DNA from: the human T2T-CHM13v2.0 reference genome, Homo sapiens
Reading direction: 5' to 3' (one strand)
Assembly (NCBI RefSeq): GCF_009914755.1
Contig: NC_060947.1
Length of the DNA stretch: 64,000 nt
Each line of letters begins with the position of its first letter. The first letter of the stretch is position 1. This document shows positions 11,930 through 33,726 of this stretch, piece after piece. Under the pieces are notes generated by a model. The model was not told the origin of the DNA. It worked only from the letters and a program-made list of their open reading frames with translations, and made no database searches. Both the position numbers and the translations under genes were made by a program.

Positions 11930-14900
11930 ATCATTTGCTTCCCTTTCCAATAACAACCCTCATCAAGGGTAACCACTATCCTGACTAGTGCTTCTATGTG
12001 GAAACTCCTTCCTGACATTGTGTTGAGAAAGATAGATATTTTTCTGAATATCAAATCCAGAGAAAAATACTTGAGAAATGAGCAAAACCAGAAAAAAGTA
12101 TTATAATCATCTTGTAAGAATTAAAGCTTAACAATAGACATAGAGACTTTACTAATTTGAAGGAATCTATTGATGTTAAGTCAAAACCAAGAGCAGGAAA
12201 CACTGTCACACTGAGTTAAAAGTTTTGAAATTCTCTGGTGTCAGGACAGAAGTACATAGGATTAAAGTGGTCACAACCTGATCAGTTGATTTTGCTTATT
12301 ATGTGTGTTAATGGCCCTCTATGCTGCTGATGGTAATTCTTGAAAATTTAATATTAGTAAGTCTATATGCATAAGTATACTATACACATAGTATTTTATA
12401 TGTATAGTATACTACACACACAGTATTCTAAATGCATAAAGCACTATATACTATACACAAACCCTGAGAGTGTTCTTCTAATACATAACAAGTTTAAGAA
12501 GCAAAATCAATCCTTAAACTGGCAATTTGGATGAGTGATTCTGTGTAGTGCTGTTTACTTTATTAAGAAATTCAAATGTTGTTATTCAAATACTATCAGT
12601 TTGCTATCATTTTCCAGTGTCTGAGTAATCTTTCCATATATTACCACTCTTTCTGAATACTTCTAAAGTTACTATTAATATTTTTATTTATTAAAAGTTA
12701 GATATCCATGATTATGGATAAAGAGCGTTAAGAAGTTTGAAAGTGTTTTAAGAATAACATTGAATTTATAAAATACCTAGGAATTCCAACTTCTTGTTCC
12801 TGAATCCCATTGCTTAATCTGTCAGGAATCTGGAAATACAACCAACGGCAATGATGGATAAAATATTAAAGACTTTTAACAGCACATATTAGTTTTGCCT
12901 GTTTGTATATATAGCATAAATAGAATCAGATTCTATATACACTTATGTGTTTGGCTTTTGCTCAGCATTGTGGCTGTACCTCATCCATGTTGTTGAGTGT
13001 AATATAATTGTCATTGCTGTATAGTATTTCATTGCGTGACTATGCTACAGCTTTTCAATCCATTCTGATGGACATTAAGGTAGTTCCCAGTGGAGTTTAT
13101 TACAATGAGCTCTGCTATGGACATTCTTTATATGCCTTTTGGTATACATAAACAATGATGCCTGTTTGGAACTATACTCAGGACTAGAGATGCAAAGTTG
13201 TATGATATGCACATGTATAGCACTATTAAATAGCACCAAACAATTTTCCAAAACCTTGGTACAAACGTAGATTCTTATCAGTAGCGCATGAGAGTCCAGA
13301 TTTGCTCAACATCCTCACCAAGAAGTGGTATTTTCTGTCTTTTTTATGTTAGTCATTCTAATGGGTGTGTACTGGTAGCCTTTGGATTTTATTTTGCATT
13401 TCCCTGCTGACTAATGCAATCAGTCACTGTGTGTGTGTGTGTCTGTCTGTGCCTGTGTGCATGTGCATGTGCGTGTGTGTGCCTGTGTGTGTGTGTGTTT
13501 CTGAGCTTGGGAAACTGTTTTAACAAGTGCCTATTAAAGACTTTGGCCTTTTTTCTATCGAGGTTTCAGATACTTTTTATATAGATTTGCAGGATGTCTT
13601 ATGCTTTTGAGTCCTTTGTTAGGCATATGCAATGCAAATACTTTCTCCCTCTCTGTGGCTTCTACTCACTCTCTTAATGATCTTCTAATAAAGAAAATTT
13701 CTTAATTTTTAATATATTTTAAGTCATTCTATTTTACCTTTATGGTTAATGTTAGTCTATGTCCTGTGTAAGCAGTCTCTACCTTTTCCAAGATCATGGA
13801 GATACTCTCTTATGCTTTCTTCTATTAATAAAAGCTGGATTGTTTTATCTTTCACTCTTTCACATTTAGATGTGGAAACCATCTGGAATTTATTTTTGTT
13901 TATCATGTGATGTAAGAGTCAAGATGAATCTCTCTCTCTGTCTCTCTCTCTCTCGTTCTCTCTCTCTCTTCTATTCTGTTCCATGAGTATATTTGTCTAC
14001 TTTGCAACAATAATACCTTTTCTAAATTACTGTAACTTCAAAATACCTCTAGATATCTGATATCAGATTAGATTTTAATGTAAATTTCCCAGCTTTATGA
14101 TTCTTTAAGATCTCCTTAACTATTCTTGTTACTTTAAATATTTCCATATAAACTTTAGAATAAGCATTTTTTCATTCTATTTATGCTGCTTCATGTTTAT
14201 ATGATTTCTTGAGTATTTGGGCTGATAATTTTCATCAGTTTTAAAGTGTCTGGCCTTTACTTAATTATTGCTTTTGCTCCTTTATCTGCCTGTTTATCCT
14301 CTGCAAATTACACATTGCAATTTCTTTTATTAACTTTTATTTTAAGTTCAGGGGTACATATGCAGGATGTGCAGGTCTGTTACATAGGTAAACCTGTGTC
14401 ATGGGGGTTTCCTGTACAGATTATTTCATCACCCAGGTATTAAGATTAGTACCCATTAGTTATTTTTCCTGATCTTCTGTCTCCTCCCACCCTCCAAAAA
14501 CCCCAGTGTGTGGTGTTCCCCTCTGTGTGTCCATGTGTTCTCATCATTTAGCGCCTGCTTATAAGTGAGAACTTGTGGTATTTGGTTTTCTGTTCGTGTG
14601 TTAGCTTGCTAAGGATAATGGCCTCCAGCTCCATGCATGTCCCTGCAAAGGACAAGATCTCGTTCTTTTTTGGTGGCTGCAGAATATTCCATGGTGTATA
14701 TGTACTATATTTTCTTTATTCAGTCTATTATTGATGGGCATTTAGGTTGATTCCATGTCTTTGCTATTGTGAGTAGTGCTGCGATGAACATACGTGTGCA
14801 TGTGTCTTTATAATAGGATGATTTATATTCCCTTACTATGACCCACACGCTTTTTACTTGTTTGTGTATTTATCTTTCTATCCTTCAGTTCTGCTTTTTT

Positions 14901-15930
14901 CTATTTATCAATTTTTCAGTCATCTGATCCTGCCTTCTGCTTGTCAAATCTATCCATTGAATTCGAATTTAAGATATTGTACTTCCCTGTAATTCTAATT
15001 TATTCTTCTTTATAGGTTCCAATTTTCTGTTAAAATTATAGGTATTTGATCTGCTTTAGTAATCACTTCCTTTTTTTTTCTTGAATATATTAGCCATAGC
15101 ATTCTAAAGTCCTTGTCTACAAACTCTGACGTCTAAATCACCTGTAGGTCTGTTTATATATTTTGGTTTTTGGCATTGGTTTTAAAACTTGGTTTTAGGT
15201 CTCATGGGCCTGCCTATTCATATGATTATTGATTTTTCATTGAATTCCATACATTGTGTATAAAACTGTAGTATTTTCAAAGAGAAGTATCTTTTCCACC
15301 GTAGAGTCTTCATTATTTACTTTGCTATACAGAAAGTATGGGAGAATTATCACCTTAATCTCATAACGGACTTGTGCTGGGTTATAGTTTTGACTAATCT
15401 AGTCTGTCTCTGCTATTGCCTTGTTCCTAGGATATAGCTCTCTAGGATTTTAAACTAGTAGTCTAGCATGTCTTTTTTTTTTTTAGTACTGGAAGACTGC
15501 AGAAAAGGAAGCTCTGCTTTTCAACTTTTTTCATATTAGCTTTTGTCCTCATGCTCTGTGCAAATTCAAAATTCATCAATTATATATTGAGAGGGAGATC
15601 AGCCATTAATTTGAGATGTTTCAGATATTTCCCTTGTGTCACCCTAGCCCTGTGTGATCATCAAATCATTGCTGTTTCTTCTCATCCACCAGTATGAGCC
15701 CTATGCCCAGCAAGCTGCAATCCAAGGCCAGAACTGGCAAATGCCCCCAGAGTTGAAAAAGCTGTAGATCACAACTTCATCTATGAGAGGCTCTCCCCTT
15801 TCTCCAGAATTTTAGACACTTCAATCTTCACTGAGCTTTATTGTTTCTATGGTTCTAGGTTTTATAGTTGTTAATGAAGGGAACACTATTCACCAATAAA
15901 CAACTCTGTCCTACCCAGAAATATTGCAGT
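11930..15930 (-). mobile_element. Old L1ME-type element, interrupted by an ~0.9 kb insertion, microsatellites and an L1PA fragment
   Basis: Antisense 3'UTR motif ggtaaccactatcctgact...ttttaacagcacatattagttttgcctg, followed by antisense ORF2 remnants. (TG)n at 13427-13498 and (CT)n at 13929-13968. Right boundary uncertain. Confidence 0.6.
14322..14834 (-). mobile_element. 5'-truncated older L1PA 3' end (L1PA13-16-like)
   Basis: tattttaagttcaggggtacatatgcaggatgtgcagg...tacagattatttcatcacccaggtattaag. Confidence 0.85.
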
Positions 15931-16635
15931 CACCTCCTACTTGGGCTCCACATGGTTTGATCCCTCTTCTACTTATATCATTTTAAAAATTCCTAGTAAT
16001 TATTTTAAGACATAAGTCAGATAATGCCATTCTTTTGTCTAAAATATTCTAATTGTTCTTCATTTTTCCTTAGAATATAATTCAAAGACCTTTAATGGCC
16101 TATAAGACTTTAGATTACCTGGCCCCCACTTTGATCTCATCCTTTTCTCCTGCTCTCCCCTTCCTCACTCTGGCCAGCCACACTGGCTGAACAAGTCACC
16201 TATTTTTCAGACATACGGTATTTTTCCTGGTTGTTCCTTCTACTGAGAGCTCTATTTCCATATATATATATATATGCATTGATAAGCTCTCTATTTTCTT
16301 AATATTTCTGCTTGAATGTTCCTTTTAAATAATTAGGGTGACACTAATCACCCTACTTTCAATTTCAGTGGTAACACAAATCCTCCACCTAGGCATGGAT
16401 GATTCCCCTAATTCTGCAGTACTTTTATGTTTTCCCATGTTGCTTCTCATATTACAACATGCCTTATGCTTTACCCTTTAATCCATTATTTTATCTTTCA
16501 CTGCCACTCGTCTCTCTATAATATAGCTCCAAAAGAGCAAGGCTTTTGTTTTATTCACGGATGCATTCCAAGCTCCTAGAATAGAACCTGGCACACAGAA
16601 TACAATCTGTAAAGATCTGAAAAACTAATGATTGA
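15930..16635 (+). mobile_element. L2 3' portion
   Basis: aatggcctataagac, cactctggccagccacactggc, gctcctagaatagaacctggcacacag. Confidence 0.7.
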
Positions 16636-17331
16636 GGAAACATGTTGCACTTAATTATTTGGGTCTTTTCAAATGCACTTTCTGTTTCAAAACACAGCTA
16701 AATTAATTTTGACATGATCAACACAGATTTTGGTATATTACTCTGATGACTCTCTATGTGAAACTCACTCTGAAATTTTTCAGTTCAAAAACTCACTCAA
16801 ATTCTATTCAATGTTGATTTTTCTAATTCATTTGAAAATGGACTATATATTTACTACTTTTTCTGTAAAATGTACAGCTACTGGAAAAGGTAATACTTTC
16901 AAAAGTGAGCAAATCTTCAGAGTCTCTTCCTGCCTATCACACACTGTTAAGAATTGGATAGAAGTATATGAAGATGCAGGTAGAATACGCACTTCAAAAA
17001 ATCTAACCACATTCTGTTTGACATATCTTGTCCTTAGGTAGCTGTGACTGTATTTTATATCACTTCTGTCTTGCTCTGTCCTTTGGGCAATTTAGAAAAC
17101 AGACATTAATGTTTCAATCTAATGACAGAGAAATTAGTCTGAAATAGCAAAATAAAGTTTACTTCTTAGAAAGAAAATTCTTGTTAAAGGCTAAGTCTCC
17201 TCCCCCTGATTAGTTAGTACTACTCAACCCCACTCTCTGACCCACCCTGATACCAGCCCGGATTAAAGGCCTCAGCTTTAGAAACTTGCAGTGGACAGAA
17301 TATAATATGTTAAGTTTCTTTTGGAAGATCA

Positions 17332-17613
<282 letters not shown>

Positions 17614-17987
17614 CTAGATAGCCTCTCAAAGAGGCATTAAGTACTCATATTTTTGGATCATATCATCATATCTGAATCCCATCCTGTCACCTTTGAAAAA
17701 CAGATATAACTTTTCTGCCCTAACTGTACTTCCTTAGACACCCCCCCCAAGAAGCCTGGAAACACCAGGTTCTGACTCATTCACTTCTGATTGCAGTTTA
17801 ATTATTTCCGAAATATTTCTTCTCAGCAGGCTATTCTGTGAGTTAACCAATTTAAAGATTGCACTGAAGAGAAGAGATATGTAGAAAGAATATCTTTACC
17901 CTGATCATTAACAGACAGACAAAAAACATAATTCTGCTGCTCACAGGAACTGCTATAGCTTTGTTGAAAGAGATGGCTCTTGAGGAA

Positions 17988-18065
17988 CACACACACACAT
18001 ACACCACACACACGCACACACACACACGCACACACACACACGCACACACACACACACACACACAC
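17988..18065. repeat. Imperfect (CA)n microsatellite
   Basis: Seen directly. It explains the VC- and HT-rich ORFs. Confidence 0.93.
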
Positions 18066-18970
18066 GAAAACTGACCACTCCAGGAAAAAATACAAAGGTG
18101 ATGGAGGACATCGGAAACCTCAGAGGTCAAGTCTAAAGAGCTCATGCTCTGTCAACAGAGGCAACATTTGGAAAAGATGCTGGATGGATTGCTCAGTGGA
18201 AATCTGAATGGTGTATGACATGTTTACATACTCATTCCCCTGCAATAGTCTCTCTGAATAGTCTATTTCAAGGTTTCCCCTTCTGATTTTTTTTTTTTTA
18301 TTTTTTTCAAGGCTTAACTTTCCTCGGGTTAGATAGTAGCCTCCTATGTAGAAATGGGGCTCACACAGCAAAACCTAAGAGTAGCTTGGAAGCTAGCCGT
18401 CATGAGCTACTTCTAACTAGCCTTTATACTTCCTGGTTATATTGGACTCAACCTCTGCCATCCTTTTGGAGTTCTAATAAGTTGAGAAACTGGTTATCAA
18501 TTATAGCGTCACCCATTCCCCCAATGGCTTCTTCCCTTAGATAGGCACTCCTGCTGAGAACTTTACAGGGCCCAAGTACTCCTTAGGACCAGAAATCTCG
18601 CCTAATAAAATATCAATATATGAGACTGAAAAAAACATGCCTCACTTCTATGCAATTACCAAAGAAGCCTGTGGGGAAGTGTTTTGTTGAGGCAACAAAT
18701 AAAGAAGTGCATGCAAGGGATCCCATGTGTGGTGTCTCCATTTCTCACTCTTCACATCACAGTGCTACTGTAACAGTGTTAGGAAGCAAGATCTTAACAA
18801 GAAAATATCCGCAGGCTATTGCTGCTTAACACGGTTTTTCTTTGGTTAATGAGAGTGAGATACCAGGAGATATTTCTTGTCAAATTACAGACATCCATGT
18901 GTCTATGAAGGCATAGAAGGTTCAATGTATAATTGTTATCATTATGATGATCATTGCTAATAACCTATGA

Positions 18971-20170
<1,200 letters not shown>

Positions 20171-22064
20171 GTTAAATTGTATAAACTCATAATTAAATGG
20201 GTTACATTTTTTTTTTTTTAAAAAAAAGAACATTCCCATCAGTAATTCCACTCAGGCCTACTGCTAACATTTGTGATGTAGGGACCCTGGTTGCCTGGAA
20301 CTAAGGATTCTATTTACCTAATTTGCTCCCTATAGTGACCCTGTGAGGGACATATTGCAGACATTATTATCATCTTTATTTCAAAAATAAGAATTCATGG
20401 TGTTAAAGTGAGTTTCTCAAGTCACACAACCCGGAGAGCTGCAGTGCAAATCTGGTGTTCTTTCTACACTAGCAATTTTCCATTCATCTGAGGGTAACGG
20501 TCTCCTCAGGTCCTCAGTAATCTTTAAGTCATATGAGAGATGCTCTAGTTATCTTTGGTTATCTTTGAGCAAGTATGTTCTATGTATAAGGTAGTCATGT
20601 GAAGATACTAAGAAAAGAAGGAAGAACCAGAGGCACAAGCTACAATCATTGCCCTCATAGTGACCACTGCTATAGGAAGAGAAAGCTAACCCTCACATAT
20701 GCAGTTAACCATTGACACAGGGCAAGAGTTGAGTACATTAGCCTGAATACAGTCAGAGTGCTTTCTGTTGCAGAAAAAACTTGAAGGGATATTGACAATC
20801 CTATCTCAATATGTGAAGGGAGATAAGGAGGGCAAGAAGATCAGACAGCATTGACATGTTTAAGAACTAATGAAAAGAGCACAACATAATTTGGTTTATG
20901 AAGTACCTTGCCCCTACAAACATTTGCTTTTTCTGTCTCCTCTGTGCTTAGGTGGGTTGAGCAAGAAGTGGATGGGAAGAAAGATAGAAAAGTTATTATA
21001 AATCAGTTTTGCCCCTAATCAGAAATCACTACCTTTGCATCCTGCTTTGATAGTCTATTTGTTGTGATCTTATTCTCCATGTCCCCAGAACTGCTGGCTA
21101 GACATAAAGTAATTTCCCCTTGGCATTACTCATAAGAGGCAGTGTCTTGGAAATAATAATATAAGTGGAGAAAAGGAACACCATTTTCTTTATTAAACTC
21201 TCATGGAATCTTTTCAGTATCCAACACAAGGAGCATGTTTTTCAGTGAAATACGTTTCTCTTGTGTCTGGTTCTTTGAGTCATGAAACCCCTTTTATGCC
21301 TTAAGAATAAAAGTCAGATTGGTGGAGCATTGCAGGCTAGCTTCAGAATTCAGCTTTTGTCCAAGACACATCGGAAATTTTGTAAATATCCAAGGGAACT
21401 TTAGTTCCCTCACCTATAAAAAGGAATAGAGACAATATCCCCTTCCCTTACATAATCCATCCATCCATTCAACATTTATTCATTTAACAACATCAGGGAT
21501 TTATAGGGTGGTAGGAGGCACAGATTAGAAAAAAAGAAATCAAAGTCTTTATCTATTCCAGAGGATTATCACTATCATCATTATTATTTTTACTAAATAT
21601 AAAAAATAATTTCAAAGAGAAAGCTGGGGCAGAATCAGAGCCTTTAAGTGACATGGTTGCCTCTGACTTCAGATCAGCAAAATAAACCCTGTAAAAATTC
21701 CATGTCCTCTCTCCTTTTCCAACCTTTCTCCCTCTTCATGGATTCATTTGTGAAGCTCTACTAAGTTTGGTTGTATTTTTGCTAGCAGTTTTCAGTGAGC
21801 TTTTCAAAAAAGGTCAGAATCCCCTGAAAATGTGGCATTCAGATCATAGAACTATAGTCGCAATACAGGGGTTGGCCTGCTTTGCTCTTTATGCGAAGAT
21901 CAGATACAAAGTAAGAGGCAACCCAGGAAGCCCCTTCTTTGGGAGACGAGGATACAAATGAAAATCTGACGACCTTTTTGGCCCTGCATCTGCACCCTTC
22001 TCCCCCACATACATATTTCAGTTATGACTCTCATTTTACCATGCTTTGGAAGGGGTTGCAACTT

Positions 22065-22490
22065 TTAATAGGGTGTTTAGCAGGTACCTCACTGAGTAGG
22101 TGACATTTGAGCAACAATCTGAAGCAGATGAGAGAATGAGCCTTGTAGAAACCTGGGGAAAGAGCATTCAAGTTAGAAGGGGTAGCAGTGCAAAGGCCCT
22201 GAGGTAGAAGTGTGCCCAGGGTGCTCAAGAAATAGCAACTAGGCTACTGTGGCTGTCTTGTAGAGATCAAGGGGAAGAGTAATAGAAGATGAGTTCAAAG
22301 AGGAAGCTATGTGGCATAAACTAGATAGTATAAGGGCTCCTGGATATTTTTGCTTTCACTATGAGTGAAATATAGAGGCACTGTGGGATTTTAAGCAGAG
22401 GGTAATTTGATCAAACTAACATTTTAAAATTATGACAACTTTATAGAGAAAAAGTTAAAGGAGGTCAAAAACAAAACCAGGAAGATGAAG
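22065..22490 (-). mobile_element. L2 relic
   Basis: ggtgacatttgagca, ggaaagagcattc, gtgcaaaggccctgaggtag, ttttaagcagag. Confidence 0.7.
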
Positions 22491-22499
22491 TCTAAAACT

Positions 22500-24785
22500 G
22501 CTTTATGATTAAATACTCTCAAAAATCTAGGAATAGAAGGCAACTTCCTCAACTGATAAATGGCACTTACTAAAACCCTCATCTAGCATCATAGTTAATA
22601 GTGAAAGACTAAGATACTTCCCCTAAGATCAAGCAAGGATGTTTTTTCTTCCTTATTCAACTTCTTATTGAAGAATTTAGCCAGTCAAAGAAGAAAAGAA
22701 ATGGGGAATGACTGCTAATGGTATGGAGTTTCTTTTTTGAGGTGACTAAAATGTTCTGAAATTAGATCTTGGTGATGGTTGCACAACTGTGAATATATTA
22801 AAAATCATTTAATTGTACACTTCAAGAGGATAAATTGTATGACATGTGAATCATATTTCAATAAAGCTGTCTAAATAATTAGGCAACCAAAAGAATATAA
22901 GAGAATGATTGGAAAGCAAAAATCAAAACTGTCTTTATTTGAAGGTGACATGTTCAGACTTTCCGTGTTCACAAATTTAGAAGTCCTAATAGCATTAAGG
23001 TGGCAATTCTCTCCAAATTGCTCTATATATTCAACACATGCGCTTTCAAAATCCCAGATTTTCTTTTTGTGAAAATGGCAGGTTGATTCTAAAATTTATA
23101 TGAGAACACAAAGGATCTAGAATAGCCAAAGCATCTTTCAAAAAAAATCATGAGTACTTACACTTTCCAGTTTTAAAGCTACAGTAATCAATATGGTGCA
23201 GTTTTGGCCTAAATATTATAATATAGACTAATGGAAAAAAATAGAAAATCCAGAAATAAACTTTGATATTTATAGTCAATTGATTTTTGACCAAGGTGCC
23301 AAGCAATTCAGTGGAGACAAAAAATAGCTTTCTCAATGTTTCTAGGAGAATTTAATATACAAGTGCAAGATATGAACTTAGACTGTTACCTCACACCATA
23401 AGCAAAAATCAACTAACAATGGATCATAAATCGAAATTTAAGAGCTAAAATTTCTAAAGGAGAACATAGGAGAAAATCTTTGTTATCTTGAGTTGCACAA
23501 AGATTTCTTAGGTGTGACACCAAAATCATGATGCATACAAGAAAAAAATATGATAAATTAGACTTCATAAAAATTCAAAGCTTTTGCTTGTCAAAAGATA
23601 CCTTTAAGAAAATGAAAAGACAAGGCACAAAGAAAGTGAATATATTTGTGAAACATACATCTGATAAAGGACTTGCATTAAAAATACATAAATAACCCTT
23701 AGAACTCAATAATGAGAAGAAAAACAACCTAATACAAAAATGAGAAGTGTATATATATATATACACACATATATGTATATATACACACATATGTATATAT
23801 ACACATATATATGTATATATATACATACACGTATATATACACACATATGTATACATACACGTATATGTATATATACACGTATATATGTATACATATACGT
23901 GTATATATACGTGTGTGTACACGTGTGTGTGTACACGTGTGTGTATACACGTGTGTATATACGTGTATATATGTATATATGCAAATAAGATATTCTGTTA
24001 GCTAATAAGCACATGAAAAGATGTTCGACATTAGTCATTTAAAAAATGCAAATTAAAACTACAATGAGATACTACTACATGCACACTAAAATGGCTAAAA
24101 TAAAAAAGATCAACAATTTCAAATGTTGACAAGGATTTGGGAAAAACATAAGATCATAAATTATGGTGGATGGAAATCACACTTTGGACAATATTTTGGC
24201 AGTTTCTTAAAAAGTTTAACATAAGCTTACCGTAAGACCCTGTGGTTTTACTCTAATTCTTACTTTAATTACTCTAATTATTCACTAACAAAGATAAATG
24301 AAAACATATGTCCAAAGAAAGACCTGTTTATAGCAGCTTTATTCACAATAGATAAAAGGTGGAAACAACCCAAATGTCCATTATTGTGACTGGATGAACA
24401 AGATGTGGTATATCTATACAATGGAATGTTAATCATCAAGAAAAAAGGAATACACACAATGGCATGGATGAATCTCAAATGTGTTATGCTAAGTGAAAAT
24501 AGCGAGACACAAAATGTCGCACACTGTATGATTCCATTCACATGACATGTCCAAGAAAGACGAATCTATAGAGACAGAAAGTACATTAGTAGTCGACTGG
24601 TGTTGGGGTGAGAACAGAGTGTTACTACAAATTTGTAGAGAGATTTTTGGAAGTGATAGTATGTTCTAAACTTGAATTTTGGTTACAGTTGCACAATTCT
24701 ATAAATCTACTAAAAATCACTGAATTGTACATGTAAAATAAATTTTATAATATGTAAGTTATACTTCAAAAAGTTTTTATTTTAA
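22500..24785 (+). mobile_element. Old L1M (MB/MC-type) ORF2 and 3'UTR, with a nested L1MB-type 3' end at ~22700-22875
   Basis: Sense ORF2 motifs (aaggatctagaatagccaaa, ttgatttttgaccaaggtgccaag) and a 3'UTR ending gttatacttcaaaaag. Confidence 0.75.
23747..23983. repeat. Long alternating purine-pyrimidine (TA/CA/TG/CG) tract
   Basis: About 237 nt of unbroken RY alternation, read directly. Confidence 0.93.
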
Positions 24786-24832
24786 ATGAATCAATATCAG
24801 CCTTATAGCACAGTGTTTAAGAGCATGGATTC

Positions 24833-27985
<3,153 letters not shown>

Positions 27986-28819
27986 CAGCCGGAGCAATTA
28001 GGCAAGGGAAAGAAATAACAGACATCTAAATAGGAAAGGAAGACATTAAATTGTCTCTGTCTGCATATCACATGATTACATATATTGAAAATCCTAAAGA
28101 CCCCAACAAACAATTGTCAGAACTAATAAATGGACTCAGTAAAGTTGCAGGATACAGAATCAACGGGAAAAATTCAGTAACATTTCTACACACTATTTAA
28201 AAAATACATCAAGAAAATAATCCAATTCACTATAGCTACAAAGATATGCTTGAGAATAAATTTAACATTTTCAGAGATGAAAGATCTGTACACTAAACGT
28301 TGATGAAAGAAATTGAAGACACAAATAAATTGAAAATCATCTTGTGTTCATGGATTGAAAGAATTCATATTATTAAAATATTGACACTACCCAAAGTGAG
28401 CTAGAGATTCAATGCAATTCTTATAAAAAATTCAATGACATTTTTCACAGAAATAGAAAGAAATCATAAAATTTGTATGGAACCAAAAAAGTCCCCAAAT
28501 AGTGAAAGCAATCTTAAGCAAAAATAACAAATCAAAAAGAACAAAGCATTGCACTATTTGATTTCTTTTTTTTTTTTTTTTAGGGTATCTTTATTTTTTT
28601 TTTAATTTTTTTTTATTATACTTTAAGTTTTAGGGTACATGTGCACATTGTGCAGGTTAGTTACATATGTATACATGTGCCATGCTGGTGCGCTGCACCC
28701 ACTAACTCGTCATCTAGCATTAGGTATATCTCCCAATGCTATCCCTCCCCCCTCCCCCCACCCCACCACAGTCCCCAGAGTGTGATATTCCCCTTCCTGT
28801 GTCCATGTGATCTCATTGT

Positions 28820-32643
<3,824 letters not shown>

Positions 32644-32706
32644 TATGATGTTAGCTGGTGATTTTGCTCGTTAGTTGATGCAGTTTCTTCCTAGTCTCGA
32701 TGGTCT

Positions 32707-33726
32707 TTACATTTTGGCATGATTTTGCAGCAGCTGGTACCGGTTGTTCCTTTCCATGTTTAGCGCTTCCTTCAGGAGCACTTTTAGGGCAGGCCTGGTG
32801 GTGACAAAATCTCTCAGCATTGGCTTGTCTGTGAAGTATTTTATTTCTCCTTCACTTATGAAGCTTAGTTTGGCTGGATATGAAATTCTGGTTTGAAAAT
32901 TCTTTTCTTTAAGAACGTTGAATATTGGCCCCCACTCTCTTCTGGCTTGTAGGGTTTCTGCTGAGAGATCCGCTGTTAGTCTGATGGGCTTCCCTTTGAG
33001 GGTAACCCGACCTTTCTCTCTGGCTGCCCTTAACATTTTTTCCTTCATTTCAACTTTGGTGAATCTGACAATTATGTGTCTTGGAGTTGCTCTTCTCGAG
33101 GAGTATCTTTGTGGTGTTCTCTGTATTTCCTGAATCTGAACGTTGGCCTGCCTTGCTAGATTGGGGAAGTTCTCCTGGATAATATCCTGCAGAGTGTTTT
33201 CCAACTTGGTTCCATTCTCCCCATCACTTTCAGGTACATCAATCAGACGTAGATTTGGTCTTTTCACATAGTCCCATATTTCTTGGAGGCTTTGCTCATA
33301 TCTTTTTATTCTTTTTTCTCTAAACTTCCCTTCTCGCTTCATTTCATTCATTTCATCTTCCATTACTGATACCCTTTCTTCCAGTTGATCGCATCGGCTC
33401 CTGAGGCTTCTGCATTCTTCACGTAGTTCTCGAGCCTTGGTTTTCAGCTCCATCAGCTCCTTTAAGTACTTCTCTGTATTGGTTATTCTAGTTATACATT
33501 CTTCTAAATTTTTTTCAAAGTTTTCAACTTCTTTGCCTTTGGTTTGAATGTCCTCCCGTAGCTCAGAGTAATTTGATCGTCTGAAGCCTTCTTCTCTCAG
33601 CTCGTCAAAGTCATTCTCCATCCAGCTTTGTTCCGTTGCTGGTGAGGAACTGCGTTCCTTTGGAGGAGGAGAAGAGGCGCTCTGCGTTTTAGAGTTTCCA
33701 GTTTTTCTGTTCTGTTTTTTCCCCAT
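32707..33726 (-). CDS. L1 ORF1p, intact 339-aa frame
   Basis: MGKKQNRKTGNSK...NHAKM. Retains REKG, ARR and YPAKLS. One extra residue near the N-terminus (SASSPPP). Confidence 0.93.
   Translation of the reverse strand: MGKKQNRKTGNSKTQSASSPPPKERSSSPATEQSWMENDFDELREEGFRRSNYSELREDIQTKGKEVENFEKNLEECITRITNTEKYLKELMELKTKARELREECRSLRSRCDQLEERVSVMEDEMNEMKREGKFREKRIKRYEQSLQEIWDYVKRPNLRLIDVPESDGENGTKLENTLQDIIQENFPNLARQANVQIQEIQRTPQRYSSRRATPRHIIVRFTKVEMKEKMLRAAREKGRVTLKGKPIRLTADLSAETLQARREWGPIFNVLKEKNFQTRISYPAKLSFISEGEIKYFTDKPMLRDFVTTRPALKVLLKEALNMERNNRYQLLQNHAKM

Noticed and set aside
23575-24038. Cluster of Y/I/V/C/T/H-rich ORFs on both strands
   Set aside because: Translations of a dinucleotide microsatellite. 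The same applies at 7509-7800 and 17823-18207.
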